Of a stretch of 64,000 bases of DNA, positions 26,281 to 38,606 are shown piece by piece. The translations under genes and the position numbers were made by a program. The notes beneath the pieces were generated by a model, which was given only the letters and a program-made list of their open reading frames with translations, searched no databases and had not been told where the DNA came from. The DNA is from Octopus bimaculoides (taxonomy: Eukaryota): positions 10,383,767 to 10,447,766 of the forward strand of contig NC_068983.1 of the NCBI RefSeq assembly GCF_001194135.2, read 5' to 3'. The stretch's first letter is position 1. Each line of letters starts with the position of its first letter.

Positions 26281-26802
26281 GGTTTCTTGAGAATGCAATT
26301 ATAATACACAATGAAATTATTGTACACAGTACTCAGGTGAGCTACAATTAATCAGAAAAAGAAGCCAAAAATGCATTAACAGAACATAGCATAATGCACA
26401 GGAAGTGAACAGTGAATCATGTGAGGTTATGGCAAGAAGACCATATAGTACAAATATACACACTGACATATGTGTATACACAACAGTTTTCCCCACTGTT
26501 TCCATCAACCAAATTCAGTCACAAGGCATAGATTAGCCTGAGGCTACAGTAGCAGACACTCACCCAAGGGGAGCAGATTCAAAACCACACTACTCGACTG
26601 ACCCAAACCCACATGGTTGCTAAGAGTGCTTCTTAACCACACAGCCATACCTGCAGCAGTAATGCATATCAATTAAATGTTAGCTGAGGTTGTTTAGCCC
26701 CAAGTCAATCCTAATTTGTAGACTAATAATAGAAGATATCCCAGCCATGACCATCCAGTTTATATTAATCAATGTTGCTGTTCCTTTTTTAATACATTAA
26801 AG

Positions 26803-27099
26803 CAGGGGTTTTCAAACTTATTGACTTGTGGACCCCTTTATATTTCAGGCTTTACCTTAGGGACCCCCTTATAAACGCTTATGAAATTTATACATAAATA
26901 TTTGCTTAAAATAACATATATTTTTACATTTATTTATTTAACAGTATTTAACAAATAGGTTTATTGTCAATTAAAAGATTTCGATTAAAAAACATATATA
27001 AAATCAAATTGCCCATAAAAAGTATTTGCTGTCCACGGACCCCCTGTCTTGTCCTTGCGGACCCCCTGTGGTCCACGGATCACAGTTTGAAAACCCCTG
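26803..27099. mobile_element. hAT (Charlie-like) non-autonomous MITE, 297 bp
   Basis: Perfect 16-bp TIRs CAGGGGTTTTCAAACT / AGTTTGAAAACCCCTG; 8-bp TSD CATTAAAG at 26795-26802 and 27100-27107. Confidence 0.92.
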
Positions 27100-29147
27100 C
27101 ATTAAAGTATGATCTGAAGATTTTAACTGTTATCTCCAGCAGGTCAAGTGACCATATAAAGACTTCCTTCTTCTCTCATTATAATTTTATTTTACAGATG
27201 GAATTTTGTGCAGTATTTTATCAACCTTATTAACAATGACACATACAGCTGAACTTGGATGTCTTAGTTAGAGCTTTGATCATAAGTCTCACCTGGGATC
27301 AAACAACAATCACTCTATCAAATGAACTTAAGTCTCAAGTGCAATCAGTATTCTCTTTGGATCTATTTTTCCATATCAATAAATGACTTAGGCATAGGCA
27401 TAGTCATGTGATTAAGAAATTGCTTCCCAACCATATCGTCTTGAATTCAATCTAACTGCATGGCATCTTGGGCAAGGATCATCATCATCATCGTTTAACG
27501 TCCACCTTCCATGCTAGCATGGGTTGGACGATTTGACTGAGGAATGGTGAACCAGATGGCTACACCAGACTCCAATCTGATCTGGCAGAGTTTCTACAGC
27601 TGGATGCCCTTCCTAACGCCAACTACTCCGAGAGTGTAGTGGGTGCTTTTACGTACCACCAGCACGAGGGCCAGTCTGGCGGTACTGGCAACAGCCACGC
27701 TCAAAATGGTGTATTTTACGTGCCACCTGCACAGGAGCCAGTCCAGTTTGTACCTAAATAGGTCAGCTCCTGTCCATTTGAACTCCGCCTAAGGTCGAAG
27801 GTTAAAGGGAGATGATCAATCACTTTTTGACAGGACAAAGAAAACCTGTTTTCACGCCTGTTGATTGTGGTGGTTTAGACGACCGAGAATTCTTAGATTC
27901 GGTTTCGAATCTTGGTTTGGAGAAGGAAGTGTTAATTTTTACATATATATACCTGTCCATATACATATCTCAATGATGGAGCGCAATGTTCATGAGCATA
28001 ACACTAAGATAAAGGATTATATCCAAGTATATTTTGTGAATTTAAATGTACCTGAGAAGTGTCATTACAGAGAACGAAATGTCGATGATCAGCTAAAATG
28101 TCAAGACAAAAAAGCAGTTGTAACAGTAGATTGGATCATCGTTGTCATAACCAGAAAATAAACCACGTAATTGTTACTATAACGTTGACCATCTTTTTTT
28201 TATTTTAAGGACATATCTCATTATGATTTCAATCCAAGGGGTCAGATGATCGATAAAGTTTTCCTTAAATGCCTTGGGGCATAGCTGTTGTAAGGTATTT
28301 GAAAGAAGTAGCACAAAGGAGGTAGCCTGGGCAAAGACAAACAAAGCAATGCATCAGCTCACAAACAAGTTACTCTGTATCTGTGACTTGTTGGTTGTTC
28401 TACTCTCTATATATGGCCCATGTAGGGCTCTTGAAATCCACACTGAAAAATCACTAATTTCGGATGATAGAAGAGATGGACGAAAACTCTATAAAAACTG
28501 AACACTACACTTAACAGACACCAGTAGTTTCCAACAAAGGAGGGAGCTATTTCAAGGGAGATAAATCTGGTTATACAGTAAGTAAAGCAATTTTTTAAAA
28601 GTTTTCCTTTTTGATCATACCTCATTTTTCTACTTTATTCTCTGTTATTGTATAAGCTATTATCATATGATATCTATAAACTGATATTTACCTATCTACA
28701 AATATTGATGTATCACTGAAGACTATTTTAATTCATTAGTGCTATTTTCTGTACAGTAACATCCAGCCTCAAAGTACAACCAAACATCTATACTTATGCC
28801 AGAATACGAATTCGTGTGAATTTTCTCAATCAAATTGGTCCTTCTGCCTGTCTGTTTTTGTTGTTCCTTTAAATTAGACAGCAATCTATTTTTTCACTTT
28901 GCATATAATCTAACTTTAGCACTTCGTTAGAAAGAGGGACTTGGGAGTAAAAAAAAGTTAAAAAGAAAAATTACTCAATACACTTCAGTAGAGTTTCAAT
29001 AGAAAAATTTTATTTTAATCGTTTTTTTTTTTCTTTGTTTTCTTTTTCTTTTCTTTGGAAATTTGACAAGATTCTGATCATACTAAAATATACAAATATA
29101 TAATCAAGACATCTTTATGTTTCAATGAAAAATTAAAATCAGTCTGT

Positions 29148-29153
29148 TTTATT
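29148..29153 (-). terminator. Candidate polyadenylation signal of the ICE1-like gene
   Basis: AATAAA on minus about 110 bp after the stop codon, followed by T-rich sequence; a second hexamer at 29009-29014. Confidence 0.45.
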
Positions 29154-29265
29154 AAATAATATACAAATTATTAAATTATTAATGTACAAATTAATTAAAT
29201 ACAAATGATAATTATGCAGATATTTTTAATAACATCTTAGCCTGCTGTTTTCTCTGGTGGTCATA

Positions 29266-29444
29266 CTATGTTTTGAAGTTGTTTATTTTGTGTTTTATAG
29301 TGGCCCATGTTTCAGCCAAACTTGATGTAATTTCTGTTGGATTTTCACTGAGCCAGATTTCTAAAGTTGGATATACTGTGCCAGGATCAAATGGAAACAA
29401 CTTTAGTAATACATTAGCACAACATAAGTTGATCTGTTGAGGAA
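29266..29444 (-). CDS. ICE1: ICE1-like (little elongation complex subunit 1), last exon
   Basis: atttcag| acceptor; reads (V)PQQINLCCANVLLKLFPFDPGTVYPTLEIWLSENPTEITSSLAETWATIKHKINNFKT*, aligning with recalled human IPWGIQLAAVYALCDLSPSNPAEISKILEAW. Confidence 0.8.
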
Positions 29445-30104
29445 CTGAAATAAAAGAGAAAAAAAAAACAATGATTCAAATAAATAACTACATCACACAG
29501 TATATTGTTAAATTAGTTTTGTGGTACAGAGCAATATTCTTCTTTGATTTTACATTTTACCCCCAATTTTATTGTATTATTTCTTGTTTGGAAAATTACT
29601 GATATTCAGTTTAGAAATTGGTTGTGTTATGCAACAAATTTGATCATTTGCATAGGTTAGTAAAACAAGAGTAAATATTTTTTTTTCTACATAAAAAGCA
29701 CAACAAATGTATCATAGAAAGATATATGAAATTGTACAGTATGCTGAACAAATTTCAACAGTTCGTAAACAAAGAAAGAATGACATAAAAAAAATACTAT
29801 CAAAGGGTTACGATGTAAACATTACTTAAACCATGTTTCTACTATTGTCATTGCACTGTTAATATAGATGACAAATCTCATCAGAGATCATTAAAATAGT
29901 TTGTGGAAAGGACATCCAGCCATAAAGCACCACCTTGTGAAATCTGTCTGATTCATGTTAGCATTGAATAGCAAAGCAACAACGAGGAGGAGGAGGAGGA
30001 CATTAATACTTCTCAGTTATTCTATTAACAAAAAGGAAAAAAAAAAAAAAGAAAATGTTTAATTAAATTATATTTTAATTTCAATCAAATAGTAAATAAC
30101 TTAC

Positions 30105-30194
30105 CTTTTTTAGAGGCTAAGAGTGGTTTCAGGAGGTAATTCACAGCATAGCATGCAGTTTTGTCCCTTGTCTGACCATGTAAATACAAATTAC
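30105..30194 (-). CDS. ICE1: ICE1-like exon (90 bp)
   Basis: taatag|...|gtaagt, phase 1-1; reads (G)NLYLHGQTRDKTACYAVNYLLKPLLASKK. Confidence 0.8.
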
Positions 30195-31711
30195 CTATTA
30201 GGAGATAAGATAATTAACGTTAGACATTTTATTGTGTAATCTTTAGTCTGAAGAAAAACAAATAGTTTAAAGATGTTTGCAATGATGATGAGTTGGATCA
30301 ATGTGGTTTATGTTCAGTTTGAAATGTTAAAGGATTAGTGATTATGAGAAAATATGGAGAAGATAAATCCCGAAAGATGCAGGTCTGAGGAGATGAACTA
30401 AGCAAAATATGAAATGTCAAACAATGTAGAAAGTGAAATACAAGAGGAACCATTAATTCAAAATGTATTTTATGTTGCTGTTTTTCATAATTTCCAATTT
30501 TCTAGGTTTGCATGAATGAGATGGATCTTGATGAGCAAAGGTAGATGCATGGCTGTGTGGTTAAGAAGCTTGATTCGCAGTCATGTGGCACTTGGTTAAA
30601 TCCCACCATTACTGTACCTTGAACAAGTGCTTCCTACAACAGCCTTGACTTAACCAATGTCTTAGGAGCAAAATTTGGTTTAAACAGAAACTGTGTGTAA
30701 TCGTCATGTGCACAAGCATGCATACATGTATCTATCCATCCATCCATTTTTGCCACCCACTATACCCAGGAGTACCATGTAGATAGAGTCCTCAGGCACT
30801 TCTTTCATAGGGTCCAATCAGAAGCACTCAATCCTTCAGCTTGAAGAATCTTTCTTGTGACCCTTTCCTTTGACATTCTAACCACATGTTTGTAATACTG
30901 GAGCTGTGACCTCCCAAAGCAGAGAAATAGTGTCTCAACCTGGAGAGACTCCCTGATCTCCAAGCTATGCCTCCTATAGACTAACATTACTCCGGAGACC
31001 GTCCAGAGGAACACCATTTCGGTCACTTGTATTTGTGATTGTTCCCTCACTGGCACTTGTGCCGGTGGCACGTTAGAAAACATTCGAGCAAGGTCGTTGC
31101 CAGTGCCGCTGGATTGGCTCCTGTGCAGGTGACACGTAAAAAACACCATTTGAGCATGGCTGTTGCCAGTAGCGCCTGACTGGCCCTCGTGCCGGTGGCG
31201 CGTAAAAGCACCCACTACACTCTCGCAGGGGTTGGCGTTAGGAAGGGCATCCAGCTGTAGAAACTCTGCCAGATCAGATTGGAGCCTGGTGTAGCCATCT
31301 GGTTTCACCAGTCCTCAGTCAGATCGTCCAACCCATGCTAGCATGGAAAGCGGACGTTAAACGATGATGATGATATATATGTATATCAGAAAAAATGCTA
31401 ACAACAGTGAATGATGCACTACTTTGGCAAGTAAATGAAAAAAATGGTGCTTTCACATAAAAATATCCCATGTGCCATTTGTTCTAAATAGCAAAGATAT
31501 CCCACTTGCCACCACTTTTCTCAGAAAAGCAGTGAAGCAGTGACTGGCCCATTGGAAATCTGGAATCAACAAGGTTTCCACGAAGGCAAGTAAAGTGGTG
31601 TAGCAAAGTTATGAAGCTTGCTCAAACAAAAAAACCCATTGGATGTAGCAAAGGAGATTAATTGTAATACCAATTGGAAATCTGACAAAATACCAAACAT
31701 AACAGACTTAC

Positions 31712-31885
31712 CTAACATTTCAAGTATGAAAGACAAGACAGTAGTGACCGATTCACTTGGTTCTTCAACTGAGAGATATTTTTTTAACAAAGGACCGATA
31801 CGGTTCCGAATTAGACTGTTCGTCCAGGACCAATTCTCTTGGAGACTCAGCAGTTCGATTCCTTTCATTAGACGGAATGTATCAT
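31712..31885 (-). CDS. ICE1: ICE1-like exon (174 bp)
   Basis: ctccag|...|gtaagt; reads DTFRLMKGIELLSLQENWSWTNSLIRNRIGPLLKKY...LSFILEML(G), compared with human AIDLLCCHQKWIWTHDNIISKELWPVMDKW...ILRLIG. Confidence 0.85.
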
Positions 31886-32912
31886 CTGGAGAGAAACAAA
31901 TATAGTGATATACAGTATAAGTACAGATATTATACAGAATATAGACACATAATATTGATTTAAAATTTTAGCAAAAAGCCAGCAATTTCAGAGGAGGGGC
32001 AAGTCAATTACATCAACCCCAGTGTCCAACTGGTACTTATTTTATCAACTCCCGAAAGGATGAAAGGCAAAGTCAACCTCGGAGGAGCTTGAATTCAGAA
32101 CAAAGATGGACGAAATACCACTTAGTATTTTTCCCAGTATGCTAAGGATTCTGCTGGCTGGTCACCTTCTATTGACATATAATATTACAAAAAAATATAA
32201 TAGTATACACTATAACTCATCATCGTTTAACGCCCACTTTCTATGCTAGCATGGGTTGGACGATTTGACGGAGGACTGGTGAACCGGATGGCTGCACCAG
32301 GCTCCAATCTGATCTGGCAGAGTTTCTACAGCTGGATGCCCTTCCTAATGCCAACCACTCCGAGAGTGTAGCGGGTGCTTTTACGTGCCACCGGCACGAG
32401 GGCCAGTCACACAGTACTGGCAACGGCCATGCTCGAGAAGGTGTTTTTTACATGCCACCTGCATGAGAGCCAGTCCAGCGGCACTGGCAATGACCTCACT
32501 CGAATGATTTTCTAACGTGCCACCAGCTCTAGTGCTAGAAGACAACGCAGGTAACGATTACATTCAAATGGTGCTATTTACAGGCCACTAGCACGGAAGC
32601 CAGACAGCTGCTCTGGCAATGAACATGCTCGGACTCAGATATATAACATAGTATACAGACATATAACATGGATGGAATACAGGTATATAGCAATATCATC
32701 ATCATCCAGTCACACCGCTTATATTGATATACAGCTTGTAAAGATATAGTCATATAGTGAATTTGCAGTTATTAGAGTACTGGATAGAATGCTTTACAGT
32801 ATTGGATCCAACACTTACTGCTCTGAGTTCAAATCCCATCAAGGTCGACTTTGTCTTTCATAAGTAAGCAAAAATAACTGAAACAAAGAAATCAAATGGA
32901 AAATAATCAAAC

Positions 32913-33033
32913 CTCTGCTCATTGTAGCATCAAGACAACCCTGAAGTTGTGCTAAAAGCTGGCGTGGGACCTCATTTTTCCTGCTTTCTGCTTGAAGAGT
33001 CCACCCACACAGTTTATGTAAACACCGCAGAAT
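32913..33033 (-). CDS. ICE1: ICE1-like exon (121 bp)
   Basis: ttttag|...|gtttga; reads ILRCLHKLCGWTLQAESRKNEVPRQLLAQLQGCLDATMSR, compared with human VLNCLRAFLNW. Confidence 0.82.
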
Positions 33034-34094
33034 CTAAAAACAGAAAAATTGTAAAATTGAATTTAAATCCTAGATTAATACAGAAACAGAACATATTAAA
33101 ATTCTAATCCACACCATTATAGGTTTTCTTTCTTTGTATCATAACCACAGCTAACTATAAAACATCTATCATGTAAAACATTGAGGGAACCTCTTTCTCA
33201 GTAGTTCTTAATCTGGGGTCTCCTTCTTTACTTATCCTACATTGAATATGCATGGTTTAGTGGTCAGCATGTTAGGGTCATGATTTCTGGACTGGTTGAC
33301 ATACTATGTCATTGAGCAAGGCACTTCCTTTCACATTGCTCCAGTCTACTCAGCAGAAACTGAATACCAGCTTAGTGCTGCTACAACATTTTACTCCCTC
33401 AAACTGTCACATCCTTGATGTTTCACAGGGCAAAGGAGTGTAAATATCAAGAAAATGTCTATGTTTGCTTACAACTACACAGAGATCTATAACAATCAGT
33501 GAAAGCATGGTACATGCTGTCTAGTTATACTCACTTGCAAGTAACAGCTATGGTTACTTTTCACAGTAACAATTATACACTTCCTTCCTCTCTTTATCAA
33601 GATGTACTTGTGCATTTAGGGAGCATAAACAGTTTAACACTGATGTGTATGTGTGTCTTTGTGTGTGCTGAAGTTAACTCAAACAGTTCATCTATATCAT
33701 CATTTAACATCTGCTTTCCACACTGGCATGGGTTATATGGCTTTAATAAAGGACATTTGCCAAAGCTGTAATGCAGCGGGACTAAATCTGGAACCTTGTA
33801 GTTGGGAAGCAAGTTTCTTTATCATACAACCATGTCTCCATTGTTTGTAGTAATTCAGTGCATGGTGAATTGAAATTTGAGACAAGTATCACTACAATTT
33901 TAAAGAAAAGGTTTCTTCAATGAACATGATCATAAGAATAACCAGTGATTGAACAAAGGCAAATGTTGGAGATTATATTCATAACAAATTCAATGAATAG
34001 TTTTGCATTCCTTGCATGAATTTTTTCATGCTTAGTTATGTATGTACTCATGAAAAAAAAATAGACACCAGAGGCAAACCTGAAGATCACTCAC

Positions 34095-34171
34095 CTTTTT
34101 ATCTACATGTTTTCCTTTGATTGAATTAACTACCACGTGTTCAATAACTTGAGGTAAAGTCACATGTCCAC
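34095..34171 (-). CDS. ICE1: ICE1-like exon (77 bp)
   Basis: ttcacag|...|gtgagt, phase 1-0; reads GHVTLPQVIEHVVVNSIKGKHVDKK. Confidence 0.8.
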
Positions 34172-34836
34172 CTGTGAAATAGATAAAGAAAAATTAAAAA
34201 GAACCTATTTTTGAAATGATGTCATACAAAGAATGCAATAACTGGTAGAATTGTAGGAAACACCATTACTGAATACGCAGGTGGCATGTGAAAATCATTC
34301 AAGCGAGGTTGTTACCAGTGCTGCTGGACTGGCTCTTGTGCAGGTGGCACGTAAAAAACACCACTTGAGCGTGGCCGTTGCCAGTACCGCCTGACTGGCC
34401 CTAGTGCTGGTGGCACATAAACGCACCCACTACATTCTCGAAGTGGTTGGCGTTAGGAAGGACATCCAGCTGTAGAAACTCTGCCAGATCAGACTGGAGC
34501 CTGGTGCAGCCATCTGGTTCACCAGTCCTCAGTCAATTCATCCAACCCATGCTAGCATGGAAAGCGGATGTTAAACGATAAAGATAATGATGAATGTACT
34601 GTGGTAGACATAAACTTCAACCATTGCATAACAATATTTGTAATGAAACATACAGCCTATGTTTCTAGAAAATTTCGAAGTATTCAACAATTTGGTAATT
34701 AATCTAGTAAAATAACAACTTTGTTTAATTTATGAGCAGAAAGAAAACGTAAGGTCCAACTGGCCAATCAAAAGTTCATGGTAGATTATTAGATTTAAGA
34801 TTAAGATTATAAAACCTAAATATAAAAAAAGGTTAC

Positions 34837-34962
34837 CTTCTCTGTTAAAAGTCAACACCAAAGGCCATGTAGCAGAGACGGTTAAAGCAAACAGCATGTA
34901 CTGAGGAGAGGGCAGCTGGCATAATATGTTATAAAAGAAAATACGGGCCGTACTAAGTTGAC
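34837..34962 (-). CDS. ICE1: ICE1-like exon (126 bp)
   Basis: ttgtag|...|gtaacc; reads QLSTARIFFYNILCQLPSPQYMLFALTVSATWPLVL, compared with human DLERARLFCYSLLKEDFPESEKLTLFIANMWHDIF. Confidence 0.85.
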
Positions 34963-35740
34963 CTACAAGAAAAGGGAAAAAGAGAAAAATTATATAAAAA
35001 GTGCATAGCAAATAGAGAATTATAAAATATGTTAATTCACTGAAGCACAATATACTCATAAATAGATTTAGGAGAATGTGTGTGTGTTCTGGTGTACCCC
35101 AGTTTTAAAGTGGGCACACTCCATCTCTGCATGAAGAGATGAAAAGACTAAAAGAGTTGGCAACAGGAAAGGTGTCTGACTGCAAAAGACTGCATCAGAA
35201 AAACCATCCAACTTAGCATGGTAAAGTTTATGTGAATCACTGATGATTATAGATGTGTGTGTGTCTTCATTTTTAGAAAAGATGCCTGCATGCTGTAAGA
35301 GGCAATTAAAATTGTTAATTTCAAAAAGGACACCCAAATGTGAAAGACTACTTCAAAAGGTCTTGTCCAACCCATGACAGTATGGTAAAGGAGATGGAAA
35401 AACAACAAAGATGATATATAAATTATATATATAAAAAACAATACAAGCTCTAACCTAAGATCTGCTCTCTTTCCATTGCTCAAGATTGGTGTTCATAAAT
35501 ATTCTATAATATATTTATTTCATATAATTTTTTCAAAACATTGCGAAACCCACACTTCAGTAAAAAAAAAAAAAAAAAACATCTTAAATGCAGAATGTTT
35601 ATTTATTTATTTAGATTTTGACCTTAAAGTCAGCTCATTGTTTCCCTGTATTATCACATTGTCATCAGAGGTTAAAAATCAATTTTTGATTTGTGATGAT
35701 ATTGCAATAAAAGAGGGTAGCTGCGCCAGCTGTAAGTCAA

Positions 35741-35861
35741 TGTACCGATATAAGACATTATTAAGTTACATTGTTTATTAAAGAACTTCTTTAATAAACA
35801 ATGTAACTTAATAATGTCTTATATCTGTACATTAAGTTACATTGTTTATTAAAGAACTTCT
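35741..35861. repeat. Perfect 39-bp-arm palindrome plus an adjacent direct copy of one arm
   Basis: 35747-35785 is the exact reverse complement of 35787-35825 (1-nt spacer); 35831-35861 repeats 35760-35790. Confidence 0.92.
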
Positions 35862-35959
35862 TACATTTTTATATTATATCGAGACAAATCTATAAAATAA
35901 ATTTTTTCCAAAGCTTTTTCTTTTGGTTATTAATCTAAAATCCCAAATGTTTGATGTCC

Positions 35960-37050
35960 CCTTTTATTCATCATAGTCTTCCAGGCAATAACAGAGGAAT
36001 TCAAGACGGGTTGCCCCTGGGAGCTCCTCTATGCTGATGAACTGGCCCTCGTAGCAGAATCACTACCAGAACTAGAGAAGAAATTTCGGGTGTGGAAGCA
36101 AGGTTTAGAATCAAAAGGCCTTAGAGTCAATGTAGCAAAGACCAAAGTTCTAGTAAGTAGGAAGGCGAACTCGTCACACACCCTCTCAGGTAGGTGGCCC
36201 TGCTCGATCTGTAGAAAAGTTGTAGGTAGAAACTCCATAAGATGTACCCAGTGTAAGCTTTGGACACATAAGAGGTGCAGCAACATCAAAGGAAGATTAA
36301 CCAGGAAAATAGCTTTCGTGTGTGGCAGATGCACAGGGGCAATAAACACCACAGATGCTCAGAAAACAGATTCCATCACACTCCAGAGAGAGAAACTAGA
36401 AATAGCTGATAGCTTCCGCTACCTAGGTGACCAAGTTAGTAGTAGAGGTGGATGCTTTGAGAGTGTTACCACTAGAATAAGAATAGCCTGGGTGAAGTTT
36501 AGAAAGCTTCTACCCCTGCTGGTGACAAAGGGCCTCTTGCTCAGAGTGAAAGGTAGATTGTACAATGCATGTGTGCGAACTGCCATGCTTCACTGCAGTG
36601 AAACATGGGCCGTGACTGCAAAGGACATGTGTAGGCTTGAAATAAATAAAGCTAGTATGATCTGCTGGATGTGTAATGTCAGTGTGCATACATGACAGAT
36701 TGTAAGCGCCCTGAGAGAAATGTTGGACATAAGATGCATCGGATGTGGCATGCAAGAGGGACTTTTGCGTTGGTATAGTTATGTACTACGGATGGATGAG
36801 GAGAGCTGTGTGAAGAAGTGCCACTCCCAAACAGTTGAAGGAATCTGGGGTAGAGGTAGACCCAGGAAGACCGGTGGCACGTAAAAAGCACCCACTACAC
36901 TTACGGAGTGGTTGGCGTTAGGAAGGGCATCCAGCTGTAGAAACATTGCCAGATCAGACTGGAGCCTGGTACAGCCTCCTGGCTTCTCAGACCCCAGTTG
37001 AACCATCCAACCCATGCTAGCATGGAAAATAGATGTATGATGATGATGAT
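35960..37050 (+). mobile_element. 5'-truncated RTE-clade LINE with PHD-like insert and 3' tail
   Basis: Reads PWELLYADELAL (YADD decayed to YADE)...GLRVNVAKTKVLV...CSIC..CTQC..HKRC..CGRC...FRYLG...GRGRPRKT; joins the (GAT)n-tailed 3' UTR. Confidence 0.9.
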
Positions 37051-37072
37051 ATATATATATATATATATATAC

Positions 37073-37371
37073 ATAGTTTTAGGGAAAATAACCAATTTTC
37101 AAGAACTCATCGATGAAAATCCACTATCACATATAGAAAAATTAATAATTAAAAGCACAATAAATGAGTATAATATAAAGTAAAGTAAATATCATAAGAT
37201 AAATATAATAAAATAATAATAAAATAATAATAATATTATATTTATCTTATGATATTTACTTTACTTTATATTATACTCATTTATTGTGCTTTTAATTATT
37301 AACTTTTCTATATGTGATAGTGGATTTTCATCGATGAGTTCTTGAAAATTGGTTATTTTCCCTAAAACTAT
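37073..37371. repeat. Near-perfect fold-back (138-bp arms, 23-bp A/T spacer)
   Basis: 37073-37210 versus 37234-37371; one mismatch seen by eye. Confidence 0.95.
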
Positions 37372-38606
37372 ATATTTTATATATACTTTATCTATAAGGC
37401 TCAATTTAATTTTAATTTTTTATAAATTGATTTTAATTGAGTTTTTTACCTGTAATTTTGGATTTTGTCCCTAATATTATTATTATTATATATATATATA
37501 TATATATATGTATAAGAAACATTTTTTCTAGTTGTTTTGTTTTACATGGTTAGGTCTTAGACAATGGGAAGTTACCTAAGGAATTCTTGCTGAATATGGA
37601 TTGTAAAGGGTGTGAAGTAAGTGAGCAGTTAATAAGGACCTTGGAGAGAGGTGAAACAAATCAATGTTCAACAGGAATACATTATGACATCTGATATTGA
37701 GAGTGGAAGAGTATCGTGTTCATGCCGTTTTTGATTAGTCCAAGTCAGTTCTATTTGACTGGGCCTATAAAGAAGGGAATCAACACCCAATGCACGTTTA
37801 CATATAAGCTGGTTAGTATTTCTGTTTAGCCTGAAGTCTGTCAGATAAGTAATCTCACATAGACACATGTGTACTTTTTCCATGCAAGTATAGGTTGAAC
37901 AGGACTTGTTAAGGCAGCATTCTACAACCAGATGTCATTCCTATCACCAGTCATTATGCATTTCAAAGTAAAGTACTTAGTCCTTTGGTCTTTTGAAAGA
38001 TTATCTGCTCAACAGCTGAACATGTTTTTATGTTAAACATAAACAACACCACTACCTATGCAGTGAAATTGTTTTGTTTTGGGTTTTTTTCTGATATAGC
38101 ATGTAAAGAATGGATATTTATTTTTGTATCAATCTTGACATGCTTACATTTGGAATTGGCAATTCCAGGTATCTTCCCATAATCCAGATAATTCTCAATG
38201 TCCACTTTCACTAACAAACACTGACTTTATCTTCAAATCAGTTAGCTGAATTCATAGATTGTCTGGGATTCCTTACAACCTAATCTATTACCTAGTCTTG
38301 ATAAATCAGTAACAAAGCTTAATCTTTATCTTTTAACATGTGCAGGACACATATGCACACAGACCCACACACACACACACACGTTTACATACACACATAC
38401 TCACTAACACATGTACAGATCAATACTTAAACACACACAAGTGCATAGCAGGACCTTAAAACTTATGTACATACACAGCTGCATGCATGGAGCTGTGATT
38501 TAGAAATACTAAAAAGTAGGGCAAGTTAGATAAAGAGAATAGATAAATACACACCTAGATACATTTGCATATCAAACTAAACTAGGTAGATGGAACAAAT
38601 ACTGAT

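Noticed and set aside
26368-26456. H/ACA-like pattern (hairpin, ACAGGA, hairpin, ACA)
   Set aside because: The hairpins are only 5-7 bp with no pseudouridylation pockets, which is too short for a canonical H/ACA RNA.
28150-28330. Minus-strand open frame ATSFVLLLSNTLQQLCPKAFKENF... after a pyrimidine-rich AG
   Set aside because: Under 60 codons, no recognisable homology, and it lies beyond the ICE1 stop and poly(A) signals; it cannot be supported without RNA data.
28645-28702. C/D-like boxes (ATGATA, CTGA, TTGATG, CTGA) in a small putative intron
   Set aside because: Poor box C, only 5-8 nt of guide space and no terminal stem.
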